The notes under the pieces are model-generated. The model was given only the letters and a program-made list of their open reading frames with translations. It was not told where the DNA came from and made no database searches. DNA of 62,000 bases, taken from positions 14,900,001-14,962,000 of the forward strand of contig OX597825.1 of NCBI GenBank assembly GCA_951406725.2. Direction: 5' to 3'. Shown one piece after another: positions 1-12,827 of the stretch (position 1 is its first letter; each line of letters begins with the position of its first letter). The translations under genes and the position numbers were made by a program. Source of the DNA: Octopus vulgaris. Its lineage: Eukaryota.

Positions 1-530
1 TTCTTTGCACTTAAACTTTTCAGAGTTTGCGATAGTAGAAGCCGCGTGTGTTACTAGAGATTTTCAGAGGTCTTTTATACTCGACTGAAGATATCGGATG
101 TCGTACGTTTAGAAGAAGCGTTGTTTCAAATATAAAATATATGATGAGAATGACAAAGATGCGTCTAGGTAGCCGAGTGGAGGTGGTACCAAACCAACCA
201 GGTCTGGGAAGCAGTCACTATTTCAGATGTAATAGAACAGGTCATATAAGAAACATCATGTTTGTCGGATAGACACTGGCGTGTGTTAGCATGTGATTTC
301 ATACTGGACAATCCGGTGCCCTTCTTTGGAAATTTTCTGGTTTACTTGTGTATGTTTTCGTTATGGCATCCTCGATTCCTGAATATTAATCTGTTCCAAG
401 ACTTAATCTATACATCTATACGTGGTTATTATTTCAAGGCAGGGGCTGATTTCACTGGACTGAAGAGAAAGACCAGATTTTGAGATGAAATCTATGGTTA
501 GAAAGAAATATATTTTGGAAAAAATTATTG
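1..530 (+). mobile_element. Probable decayed Helitron Pif1-helicase C-terminal fragment
   Basis: Frame-hopping translation VTISDVIEQVI...RVLACDFILDNPVPF...LYVVIISRQGLISLD*RERPDFEMKSMVRKK resembles the Helitron helicase end (VIEA.I..G..VFIPRI...PF...LYVALSRV.S..GL...KNIVYKE); many stops and frameshifts. Confidence 0.45.
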
Positions 531-1327
531 CTTTTAAAATCATTTTAATGTGAAATAAGAACCAAAATATTAAAAAGTATTCAAAAACAATAATTAATGT
601 GTATCTAATGCATTGTTTTAAAATCAATACAAATAGTGGATAATTACAATAATGAGTGTTTCGGAAAGTGGTTCTGTATTGTATGGACTTTACGTACAAC
701 AATAGCAAATAACTATTATTGTAAGTATGTACATTAGTGTTACGCTTCAAATAAATTCTATACTTAAATAAATAAACATTCGCTGCTCAACTTTAGATTA
801 TTGAATCTAAAGTAGCTTGGCATAAAATATTTACTATATTATCCGGTAAAACTATAACACACCGCTTGTAATATGCCCAATATCAATAAATATCAATTTA
901 TTCTACTACATTAACTTAACATCTTCATTACCTCCAATAAACACTTTAGTCACGAACAACATTAAACATTTTCATCACTTCAATAATTTTATATTTAATA
1001 TCAAAATGTCTCATTGTTTTCTTCTTTCCTGTGTACTCTGAAATATCTAACAACAATATTGTGGTCCAAATATTGTGAAAATTGTTCAAGATACATGCGT
1101 AATGTGATTGAGTGTATTTTAAGTTGAAATACCTTTTCACTTTTTAGTAAAAGACGTTCATACTACGAGGGACCTGAACTTAAAAATGATATCATGATAA
1201 GACTTTAACCGTATTAATGATTTATATCGTTATCTGTTATCAAACAATATAAAATGCGTCTAAATCATCCCACAAAGAATAAACAAAGCTCATAATATTG
1301 TTTTTTAAAGTATTAGAAATATAAATA

Positions 1328-1374
1328 CAGTGGTACCTCGGTTTTCGAATAAATCTGATCACGAATAAATCGTG

Positions 1375-1375
<1 letters not shown>
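1328..1375 (+). mobile_element. Possible pogo/Tigger-like terminal fragment
   Basis: TA followed by CAGTGGTACCTCGG, similar to Tigger/pogo TIR starts; no partner TIR found; truncated by (TA)n. Confidence 0.3.

Positions 1376-1378
<3 letters not shown>

Positions 1379-1430
<52 letters not shown>
1379..1430. repeat. (TA)n microsatellite
   Basis: Pure TA run. Confidence 0.95.
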
Positions 1431-1432
<2 letters not shown>

Positions 1433-1439
1433 AAGTAGA

Positions 1440-2600
1440 TAAATGAATAATCTTATTACGGATTATTCAAATGATAACCGACACCTGGGTAGCAAAAATC
1501 ACAACAGAAAAAGCACGGTTGAGGTTACGACCCTGGGGCCTAAAATCCGTGCCTTAGTGCGGAAATTTGAAGTTTTATATATTTAGTGTAGGAAGAAATG
1601 GAGCTGAACGAAGATTTAACAAAATTCCTTTTTATTATTTTCTACATATGTTTCAAAGGCTGCAAAGTCCCTAATTCGGATTGAATAAGGAGTCCATTTT
1701 GCAGCCTTCTCTTCAGGAAAGTCCAGGAACTTAATTCTCCAACAAAATGCACAGCAAGCTTTTCGACAAACGCTCACGAGGAGCCCATGGAATAAATGGC
1801 ACAAACTGTCTATCAATATGCGTTGACGCCAGGCTGGGTGAAAGCCGACGAGAAAGTCCGTTGAGATAATTCAAGGTCAAAATCCGGTTAACAGAAGGGG
1901 AGTACAGGAAAATCAAAGGGTGTGAATGTATTCTGTATGACTGGTGTTAATATTTGAATTGCTTTAAGAATGAGTGCTAGAGTGTTTGAGTGTGAGAAAT
2001 TGCTTTCATGTATGTGTGTGTGCATCTATGTATGTGTGGCAGTGTGTTTAGAAGGCAGCAAGGGAGAGAGATATAGCTGGTATTAATGGTCAAGCAACAG
2101 AAAAGTCTGTGTCTGTGTGTTCGTCTGTAACCAGTTGATAGAGAGAGGGTGTGTCAACAATGGTCATGGCAGGATACAGTGCTGCTGACAGGGATGTCAG
2201 CAGTTCTAGACAACTAGCAGTTCTTACACTAACAGGGGAGTGATATCCCCTTACAAATTTAATTCAATTTTTCTTCCATTTTCTTAGGAAATCAAGGGGT
2301 TAACTATATTAGACTTCATTGGTATGAGAGAAAAGTATGCCGTTTCCAGTGTGGGCATCTGAAAGAATTTTGCACAATCGAGTTAACAAGGTGCTCTCGG
2401 GCGAACAGAATATGAAAGAGTTCCGAGTTGCAAAGCGCACAGGTTTTTTTGCCCTTATCAAACGGTAAAGACACCGATAAAATTGAACATTCCAGTCTAA
2501 AAGTTGAATTCGCGTTCTTCAAACGCCAGAGTAATTTACTTAGGTAGGTTAGATCTTATGTGCAGTTTCGCCAAGCAATTGCCAGAAATTTCCCCCAGGT
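1440..2600 (-). mobile_element. Penelope-like retroelement 3' fragment (GIY-YIG C-terminus, 3' region, hammerhead)
   Basis: Minus-strand 2560-2316 translates LSKLLWRLKNANSTFRLECSILSVSLPFDKGKKTCALCNSELFHILFAREHLVNSIVQNSFRCPHWKRHTF, matching the PLE endonuclease tail pattern (LSKYIW.LK...C.LC..EK..IL...LN.....CRH); hammerhead downstream on the same strand; outer boundaries approximate. Confidence 0.7.
1639..1720 (-). ncRNA. Type I hammerhead ribozyme (Penelope-type, palindromic stem III)
   Basis: Minus strand: stem I TTTC / core CTGAAGA (1716-1710) / stem II G-U closure plus 11 perfect bp AAGGCTGCAAA:TTTGCAGCCTT / GAAA (1654-1651) / palindrome ACATATGT / GUA cleavage triplet (1645-1643) / stem I GAAA. 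Confidence 0.8.
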
Positions 2601-2913
2601 TTCGTAGACTGCGAGAAAATCGCTATGAAAAGCCATAAAATCACTGTATGAATCATAGACTAGCACCAAACACACAGAAAATATATCGAAAGTCTTTTTT
2701 CGCTAGTTGGCTAATGGGTCATAGAACATATGCACCAATACGTGGGGGTGCTGAAACATTTTCAGCTTTAAGAGGATAGCTTCCGAGTTTGAAAGGCTTA
2801 GGACCATTGCACTAAATATGTGAATCTAAGAGGGCCGGATGTAGTATAAAATCTGATGCTCCTACCGAAAGTCAGGAAATGTTCAGCCCCATCCCCTACA
2901 TACATATATATAT

Positions 2914-3200
2914 GAAAACGCATGGCTCAGCGGTTGGAGCGCCGAGCTTACGATCGTGAGGTTGGGAGTTCGAATCCCGGACAGGGCTGCGTGTTGTGTT
3001 CTTGAGCAAGACACTTTATTTCACGTTGCTCCAGTTCACTCAGTTGTGACGTCACAGGTTCCAAGCTGTATCTGCTGTTGCCTTGCCCTTGGATAACACT
3101 GGTGGCGTGGACAGGGGAGGCCGGTACGAAAGGGTGACTGGTGGTCTTCCATAAACAACCTTGCTTGGACTTGTGCCTGGGAGGGTAACTTTCTAGGTTG
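2914..3200 (+). mobile_element. tRNA-derived CORE-type SINE
   Basis: A box (tggctcagcggtt), B box (gagttcgaatccc), then CORE-like cttgagcaagacactttatttcacgttgctccagttcactcag. Confidence 0.75.
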
Positions 3201-3997
3201 GGTCTCAATATATATATATATGCGCGTTTTTGTGTAAGTTCGACCCTGTGTAATCATGGATTTTAAAAAAGAACTTTTAAGAACCTGAAGGAAATTATGT
3301 TCGCATTGATATCTTTAAAGAATCGGTAAAAGAAACGAAACATTTTATTTGTGTGTCTCAATCTACGTATATATACAATAGCGTTAGTGGAGTAGAATAG
3401 TTTCTGTAAAACGTTAATGTTTCCATTTTCGTATGTTGCCTCTTTTAAATTCGTTGCATTGTTAGTGAAATCATAAATTCATATTGGAAATCTTGCCAAC
3501 TCCATTTGAACATCACTGAACAGCGACATAGAAAATGCAAAACTTTGGTAAATTGGAAAAACTCCAACTTTAAACTGATAACAACTTAATTTCCATTAGC
3601 CAATAAGAACTGCAAAAACGTCTGGTAATGCAGTAGCAAGCAAAACCAATGTGAATATTTTGACATAGTCTTGTCAAAAAACATCTTCAAAAATATATCA
3701 GACTTTGTAAACAGAGAAAATATATTGCATTTAGATAAAAACAACATAGGAAATAAGGAAAATATTCGAATGGTGAGCATTAACGGTGTGAAATGCGAAA
3801 TTCGCAAAAATATATAGAATACGTCGAAAAATTGCAAAAGCGAAGATTTTCTGCTAACTATGCCCGTAATGAATTCGATCTCTACATGATTTTAAGAAAT
3901 ATTCGATTTTTTGTGTGTATCAAGTGAACTATTCTTTTCAAATAGCTTTAAATGCTTAAGTATAGCTGTAGGCGTTCGATATATAGTCAAACAATTT

Positions 3998-3999
<2 letters not shown>

Positions 4000-4036
<37 letters not shown>

Positions 4037-4265
4037 TGTTGGATATTATGTTAAATACTAACGGAAAATAGTCAGTCACATACACACACACACATGCGAC
4101 CACACACACACACACACACACTCATGCACACACTCTCTCACACACACAAAAACACCGCCTCACATACACATACACACGCTCACACACATATGCACGTATA
4201 TATAAATATATATACGTACAGACAAGTACATACATACATACATACACGCACTTACATGCAGTTCC

Positions 4266-4310
<45 letters not shown>

Positions 4311-4448
4311 ATACATATATATATATATATATACATACATATATATATATATATATACATACATATATATATATATACATACATATATATATATATACAT
4401 ACATATATATATATATACATACATATATATACATATATATATATATAA

Positions 4449-4485
<37 letters not shown>

Positions 4486-4540
4486 AATACATATATATAT
4501 ATATATATATGAATATATAAACATACATACATATATATTA

Positions 4541-4582
<42 letters not shown>

Positions 4583-4660
4583 TGTGTGTGTACATATGTA
4601 CACACACATATGTGCTTACATATAGTCATATATATAACATACACGAATAAGTTAAAATAA
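4000..4660. repeat. Compound (TA)n/(CA)n/(TACA)n microsatellite tract
   Basis: Direct inspection; source of the YI/HT-rich ORFs. Confidence 0.95.
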
Positions 4661-5033
4661 CATATATAATAGATACAGACTATAAGAGCTCAGACTGGAC
4701 TAGATACAGAAAATCTAACATCGAAGGAAGGGTGACGGAGTTCAAGCAAATAAGAGATAGCTACAGGCAATGTACCGGGCGATGTAATGAAACTATAATA
4801 TAATAAAAGATGGAAGGAAGGCGAGACGGTTGTAAATGGCATAAAATCATTTATGAAATATTTATAAAGAAGAGAGTAAAAATATATATGGAAATTAAGC
4901 AGCAAAACTGGAAAATCTGGAGAATAACTGCGTAGATTTTGTTTTATATTAAGATCTGTATAACTATCTAATCTATGATGTGCTCCAAATTAAAACTGCA
5001 TACATATACACGCATAGACAGAGAGGTTACATA

Positions 5034-5246
5034 CGGCGAGCTGGCAGAAACGTTAGTACGCTGGGCGAAATGCGTAGCCGTATTTCGTCTGCCGTTACGT
5101 TATGAGTTCAAATTCCGCCGAGGTCGACTTTGCCTTTCATCGTTTCGGGGTCGATAAATGAAGTACCAGTTATGCACTGGGATCGATATCTGTCCTTGTT
5201 TGTCCCCTCTGTGTTTAGCCCCTTGTGGGTAATAAATAAATAAAAA
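5034..5246 (+). mobile_element. SINE family A (ggcgagctggcagaaacgttag... head)
   Basis: tRNA-like head with B box gagttcaaattcc and A-rich tail; highly similar to copies at 15515, 21168, 31192, 42544. Confidence 0.9.
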
Positions 5247-7249
5247 TGTATACGTCCATACACATATTTGATCAGTTTAAATATCGTTTATTTTTAATGA
5301 AAAACTAACACAATAGCGTATTTAGTTATATAATATATCTCTGATACCCCAAACAAGAATGGCATGAATCAGATAATACTAGCGTATAGATATAGAACTA
5401 GATAAATTCCGTGCTGAACTGCTATGGAATCTTAAGAAGACATTACATAATACATCCAGCCTATATTTTCGAAACAAGCAAATGTTGCATTTTACTTGTA
5501 ACCAAAAATAGCATATGTGTATATTTAAGAATTGAATATCTACAGGAAAATTGCCAGCTTTAAAAAGATGTATGAAACTGTGTCAAATATAACAGAAATC
5601 TGATTGTTTGGTAAGCGGACGTTGATACAAATAAAACTCAACCCATAAGATGCTCCATACAGAATATTATAAACATACGCTCTCTTCCAAATTTCAGGTA
5701 TTTCGCTCTAATAGAAAGGACTATTATAATACACAATATTTTAACATTTTTTATGATACAATTCCTAATAATATTTAATTATGAAAATATATTAATATAT
5801 TTTAAACATCGAATGGCTACGGTGGTCCATCCGAGCGAAAAACAAATAAATAAATGGTGTCCATAGGTAAAAGAAATGATTGAGAAACACCGGTGAAGGT
5901 GAACGTTAGACTGCCACTAATCAATCTTGGATGAAAAGTTGAAGTACATATAACGTTATATACATGACTTATATTCAGTGCAAGACACGGACATCCGTCT
6001 TACGAAATGTCGTTTGCGTTATGGTTGAAGGATAGAAATCCTACAAGACGTTATAGTGAACGTATGCAGTTATAGAGATACTAACATTTTACTGCCTATA
6101 TATTATTAAATATGTCATCTATCTTTTGACAGAATGATTCTAAGTGGAGTAGTATCAAGGATATGTGCATATGTATTTGTGTGTGTGTCTGTGTCTGTGT
6201 CTGTGTGCGCGTGTTTATGTAATACGAATAATAGGATAATTACCGTGCACGGATATGATGTAACTGAAATATCAAATGATTTTATGACAGCAGACATGTT
6301 GTACTCAATTGTAGTGAAATGTCCGGCATTGCGATGGAAATGATAATTCGAACATTTACGCCATTTCATTAGTGAAGAATATATGAAGAACTTATTTAAG
6401 ATAATAAAGAAACGAAAATATTATCTTCCCTTAATTAAGAGTTTATCTTCTACGTAATGACAGTTGCTCAAACTCATTTGGAATCGTAGCCAGAAGATAT
6501 TCAGTGACAAGTAGATTTAGAAAAAAAAAAATCAATTATTACAAATGCTTATTCTTCCAATGGCAAAGTCGCAAACAGGTAATTCAGCAATTTTTTTTTC
6601 TATTGTAAAGTGGTACCACGGTTGTGTTTACGCCACGTATGACTCCATTATTGCTATCACAGGTTTTGATGTCCTTCGAGGCGTTTTACTTCACTGCCTT
6701 CTGACAATAATAAAGAAATAAACGCAAGAAAGCGTACAACATAACTTTTAGATCTCTTGAAGTAATTTATATTCAAAGAAAGTCCATTTCACCGAAATGT
6801 CAACATTGTCTAACGTGTTCATTTATAACAACGTTTGAAGGTTTCTTTATGAAGACACAAAGGGAAAAGTGCATCACATAATTAGACAATAAAATATTCT
6901 ACCCTCTCACAACTCTACAAATCTAATGTTGTTTAAATACATATAAATTGTTCACAGGTCGATAAATTGTTCACATTTTCGTTTCATCTGTATTTCTGTA
7001 TTCTTATTCATATATATATGGATTTTTATGAGAAGAATATTATTACTCTAAACGTATTTTACGCGAAGTATATGCTGAAATTATTCATGCTAAATGTAAT
7101 GATGCATGCATAGTGTTGGATATAATTATATGTGAATTTATAAAATTTTATTTGCACGTATATACATATGTGTAAGCTTGTATACACTGATATACAATTG
7201 TCATAGAAATATGTGTATAACTTTACATGTGATTGCCTGTATGTGCCTT

Positions 7250-7250
7250 T

Positions 7251-7340
<90 letters not shown>

Positions 7341-7342
7341 TA
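7250..7342. repeat. (TA)n microsatellite
   Basis: Direct inspection. Confidence 0.95.
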
Positions 7343-8289
7343 ATTGGTTAATGAGAGACGGAAGATCGAAGACACGAGAACTTTAATTAATCATTACAAT
7401 TGTTTCAACACGAGGTATGTTTTGTATTTTGGTATTTGAGAATGTAACAATCCAATAGGTATAGACGATTAGTTTTATTATCTAATAATATATATATTTA
7501 TCACGTCTTACACAGCAGCTTTGAGGCCGCCTATTACATGTCACTCATTCGACGTTTACATCTTCGACATTTCTGTCCCTTAGAACCTCTCTTTCTCTTT
7601 ATCGTTGTTTATACGCGCAAATTTCTGTACGCGTGTGTGTTTGCATGTGTACCAAAAGTACTATCGCCAAAACACGTCAACCTGGCCAAATCGTCGACAT
7701 CCAAACTGCCGCGCCAAACCTGCTCATTCCGTTTTGGGCAGATGGTATCAAAAGCAATAGTTTTGTGCCAATCACTCTTTATGTCAGTGGTGACTAACGC
7801 GCCATTTCTGAAACAATAATTTGTAATAACTCCTGCGCTCATTTACCACAAGAAATTTGCATCGTGGTTTAGGAGATTGAATATACTCCAATCTTTGTTA
7901 AATAGGCAACAGAGCACTTCTATAGTCATCTGAATATATAATCGCACTTAGACACCAAATAGAAGACCATTTCATGCATGCATCATTTACCAAATTTCTC
8001 TAAGCTCTAATAAAATTATTCTGGCTTACAATTTTTGTTAAAAACTGACATTTTCTCAGATACCATTGATAAATATCTTACAACATTCGTACTTATGATT
8101 TTTCTTTTATTTACTCAAATATAATCTTTTGTCAGTTATTGAGGGCGTTTAGATTATCACTGTAGCGTAACTAGGCTAAAAGATGTATTGCATTTTGTTA
8201 TCGGCGGTCTGTATCTAGCAATATACATGAGCTGATGGACCTCATCATACTATAAACTGATGTTTTGAAGCCTAACGATGTTATAAATG

Positions 8290-11200
8290 TAGAGTTACCT
8301 TGCAACTCCAGGATCTTTTTCTGTCTTCTGCACTATAGAACCCCGGCGAAAAAAATTAAGGAGCTCGGACAGAGAGCAGAAATGAGAAATATTAATAAAT
8401 ATGTAACTGCAACATCAAACCTGCTCTGAAGACTGAGTTCCTTTATTTCACAATCGTGCACATTTAAATTCCCTTCCATTTTCAAACACATTATTTGACA
8501 TGCGTATTTAAAACTTCCTTATGATACACTACCATACCAAATTCCCCAAACCTTTTAGAGCAGGCCCTATCATACATTAAAGAGTTCCACTTGCGACGAA
8601 TCGACAGTGTATGTTCTATGCAAAAACGTTGTTTAGTCTTTCTTTTCGACTTTTGATTTGATGCTGGAAGCTGAAATATAGAGTTCACGTTTTAGGAGCT
8701 TCATCAGCTTCACAGAATAAATTCTGTTTTCAGAGGTCCTATGCTTGTTGTAGGCAATTTTCTGCATAGCATGGATAAGCTGAATACTTGTTACTGTTTG
8801 GGAATCTGATTCTGATGATATTAAATGGAGGAATTATTTTTCTTGAATGGAAAATTTTAAATTCCTCCGGCACCATTCATACTTCGCACTGATTTGTACC
8901 CGCGATATTTTTGTTTGTTACTTCTCGAGCCACGCCTGGCTCATATGGGCCGGTTTCCCAGTTTCCTTGGTGTATAGGTTCCCTACCTGGACGGGACGCC
9001 AGTCTTTCGCAGATGAGCTGCAAGATGCAGGAGGAAAGCGCGAGAGAAATTTGTAGCGAAAGAGTCAGCAAAAGTTCGCCATTACCTTCTGCCGGAGCCG
9101 CGTGGAGCTTAGGTGATTCGCTCATAAACACACATCGCTAGGTCTGAGATTCGAACTCACGATCCCTCGACCGCCAGTCCGCTGCCCTAACCACTAGGCC
9201 ATGTGCCTCCACACCCGCGATATTGAGCGAAAATCGTTCCTCTTCCCTGTTCCAACGAGATTACGGAATATGTGTGCGTTTGAATAAATGCTATTATAGG
9301 TATTTGATGTCTTTAACTGATAGACAGATTTCAGCAGTGATTGGGTTTTCGCAATTCTAAAGTAACCAAGCATTGTAGGGAATATCGTGTCCATTACGTA
9401 AGGAGATATTTCTAACTCCAACAATATCAGTATTACTTTATTAGTAGGACTTTGGGAAAATAGTGTGGATAGCTTAATATTTGTGAATGGAAATGTCACT
9501 CGTGGGTGTAATTCAAACTATATTTTCCCATTCACATGCGCAGTAAAGTCGTATGCAGTTCTCTCCGATGCTTGTGTTATTTGATTGTGCATTCCGGCAG
9601 AAATAGCTCTATCGATTTCTTTCTATATGCTGTGATCGTTTTCTAATTTAAAGTGAAAACACCAATGAGGTAAACATGTTTCTCGTCTTCAATAATACAA
9701 CGTTCATCATGATTCCTTAAGCGTCGTATTCGAAATCCTGTTGATGTTGATCCCAATTCAACTTGAAAAGTCGTTCACTTATAAGAGGACGATCTGCAAC
9801 CGTTTGATGTTCACTGAATTGACTTGTGAGGTCTTCGCAATTTAGTTTGTAGGTGAGTGTCACAAATAATGCTAGTTTCCCAAAGTTCTACAAAATGACT
9901 TGCAACGTGCCATAGGATCTTGTCAAATGTCACAGTAGATGGTAATTTCATGTAGCACCGTGTAAACATTCACTTGTATCATCATCACCGCCTTTACCAA
10001 AGCATTTTACATATCTAATTTTAAATATTGTCGGTAGTTTCGAATATTGTGCAAACGAGCAGATTGGTATTAGGCGTATTGGTATAGAAAATAACTCTTT
10101 AATCGATGGTGTCGGTTACACGATTTATTACCTGAATCATCTATGTCTATTATCTCAAAAGAATACAATTGGAGAGACGCCATTTTCTCAAATGCGTATT
10201 TCCTTCAGTGCATTGAGATGTCATCCATCTAAGTTGCCAGGAAAGTATGGATATATAACAGGACATATTCTTTGTAAAATTCGCTAAACATTTGAATACA
10301 TGGCTGATAGCTCTCTGCATTGAACTTATCAAATTTGTTGCAAGGTGACGATTTTCATCGCCAATGTCAGGTAAGTCATATCTTCGCGGCTAATATCTTC
10401 TCAGCAAATCATACCTTCTCGGCAAATCACAACATTTCGGCAAGTCACCACTTCTCGGCATGTCATACCTTTTTCTAAAGAATTAACCATCTGGAATGTT
10501 GTCAACGTGCAATCCAATAGAAACATTTACTGGTTTTTGTCAGCATAAATTTCTTTGACAGATTTTCTTTCAAATACCTTTTTGTTAGCGGAAGGCATAA
10601 CAGATTGAAGCGTACCTGATATACCATCAATATTGTCTATTTCTTTACCTGCAGGGAATTTCTGCAAATTTTGAAGCAGTTCTTTAGAACGGTAACATCA
10701 AATTTGCAGACAGGATATTGCCACTGTAATAGCATTTCTTTCTTTTGCAAAATAATCTATAAGCAACTTCTTGAATTCTGCAAGGTTAAACTGCCTCGAA
10801 CAACTATAGGAACGTTTGATTTTAAGTTCCACACGGTCATAGTAAAGTTGAAGCTCCAAATGTTTCTTCTCAAACATTTTGCTTCTAGTGAATCAATTAT
10901 GAGCATTTGATGTAGCTGAAGAGGTAAACCTGGTACGTCTGAAATATGGATAAACTCAGATATATAGTAAATAATAAAATCGAGATTGCCGAATGGTCTT
11001 CTAGTGCAGTCTCTCATGAATATCAATGCATTAAAACGACGGCATTTCACGTCCATTAAGCTGGAACACTGACGGGTTACATTGACAGCGAATTCCATTA
11101 CCGAGGCTATGTTATATTGCTTTGCAGCATTCATCATCTAATTTTGTCAGTTTTGAAGATTAATCCATTCTATGCTATTAGTTCGGGTGTTTGTTCTTGA

Positions 11201-11510
11201 GAGGGGCGTTGACGCGCTTGAGCAAGCTGTTCAGCCAATTGTTCTAGAATGTGTTTAGGCTGCTATCAAGGGACTAATTGTCATGCTGCTGAACAGGTTA
11301 GAGCGGCACGACGTAGAGCAGTTCTATGAGGATCAGCATTCTGAGACAAAATACATTGTTACTGTAGTCGAGAGCAAGGAAAGTACTTAGATTTAGTTGT
11401 GAGTACACGCTTGTTGTGGAAATATGAGTGTTGATTTTGCATCCATAATACAAGGGATTCGTGTTTCGAATGCTGCGAGCAATGGGTCGGACTATCTGCA
11501 CCATGCACAT
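8290..11510 (-). mobile_element. Decayed Helitron RepHel (Rep domain and Rep-helicase linker)
   Basis: Collinear motifs on the minus strand: QDPMA (~9915), FGKLALFVTLT...QTVADRPLISERLFKL (~9880-9770), EIDRAISA (~9610), IPYNAWLL...EICLSVKDIKYL**HLFK (~9390-9285), RTYTVDSSQVELF...SFKYAC (~8620-8490); many stops and frameshifts. Confidence 0.8.
8910..9212 (-). mobile_element. tRNA-derived SINE inserted in the Helitron
   Basis: Head ggaggcacatggcctagtggttaggg...gagttcgaatct; body contains gactggcgtcccgtccagg; 12-bp TSD acccgcgatatt at 8898-8909 and 9213-9224. Confidence 0.9.
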
Positions 11511-11524
11511 ATACACGCCCCATA

Positions 11525-11637
11525 CAAAGATATATATATATATATGTGTATATATATACGCGCACACATACACATAACTTCCCTCTCTCTCTCTCTAACA
11601 CACGCACACATGCACATATACACACACGCACACAGAG

Positions 11638-11675
<38 letters not shown>

Positions 11676-11777
11676 CTCTCTCTCTCTCTCTCTCAATATA
11701 TATATGTATATATATATATATATATATTGATGCAGATATCTATTTACATGTTTATGTATAAGTAGATAATTTGATGT

Positions 11778-11850
<73 letters not shown>
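11525..11850. repeat. Compound (TA)/(CT)/(CA)/(AGAT)n tract
   Basis: Direct inspection. Confidence 0.95.
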
Positions 11851-11851
<1 letters not shown>

Positions 11852-12746
11852 GGATGATACTGATAGAAATGTGTATGTATGCATTTATCCATATCAAAAT
11901 TATATAGTATTCAAGATCATCGTAATGAACAACAGAAATATTTCAATTTTAATATTTCAATTTGTAAATTTGTAAATTGTACTCTTCTAAAGTTAGCGAA
12001 GGAAGAACATCACTGCATGCACGATCGTCTTTAAAATATGCAGATTTAATATTCACGTGTTAGTTAAATGATGTAAGCACATATTTCGTACGTTTATGCC
12101 ATCAGTATTATTATATAAATAACGTATATAAGTTGGGATATTGTTATAAGAACACACGTGTAATATAGCTATGTCGTAGCCAGTATGTCTTGGAAATGCT
12201 TCTCTTTATTATTCAATATTATATTAGTCTTCTTTCAATATGGATATTTCACAGTTTCATAGTCAACTAACATTACAGATTCAGTGATGAGACATCTATA
12301 CTATCACTTCATCTGGGAAAAAGCAGCTCCCAGAGCTGAACCAAATCATAATCTTTTGTTTTGAAATGCAACATGATATCGTCCAAAAGTCTCATTGTTG
12401 GATTCTCTGATCTTGGTTTGGCGGTAGCTAAACGAACACAACGATCCCGACGAACAGTAAATTATACAAAGGTTTGTGCATTATTTTCAACACGTTAAAT
12501 AGAGAATGGGCATTTTATTATAACATAGCTGCTACTGCATAGCAGCATAGGATTATAAGCAGAGTTAGTAATTTAATTCCACATTCAATACGGATGCCTC
12601 TTTATTTCTACATACGCTATTTAAGTTCAAACAGTTGACTTCTCACGGACGTGCTCAGTTTGCGTAAATCACAAAATGGAGTCAGCTTTGACACTATGCG
12701 ACAAGCTTTGGCATTTTTAGGTTAGGTGGGATCGATTAAGAGGTCT

Positions 12747-12754
12747 CAATAGAC

Positions 12755-12827
<73 letters not shown>

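Noticed and set aside
1616-2255. Gypsy-like LTR (minus strand TGTAAGG...CA), PBS-like TGGCGTCA at ~1830 and a gag-like ORF FPEEKAAKWTPY
   Set aside because: No TSD or second LTR; the supposed gag is the translation of the hammerhead RNA, and the region is better explained as Penelope 3' sequence
3490-3840. + strand frame YFDIVLSKNIFKNISDFVNRENIL, faintly piggyBac-like
   Set aside because: Single weak motif with stops; no TTAA-flanked TIR; cannot be supported without an HMM search
4094-4644. Long YI/HT/CV-rich ORFs here and at 11.5, 15.7, 18, 27.6, 41, 43 and 55.7 kb
   Set aside because: Translations of (TA)n, (CA)n and (TATC)n microsatellites
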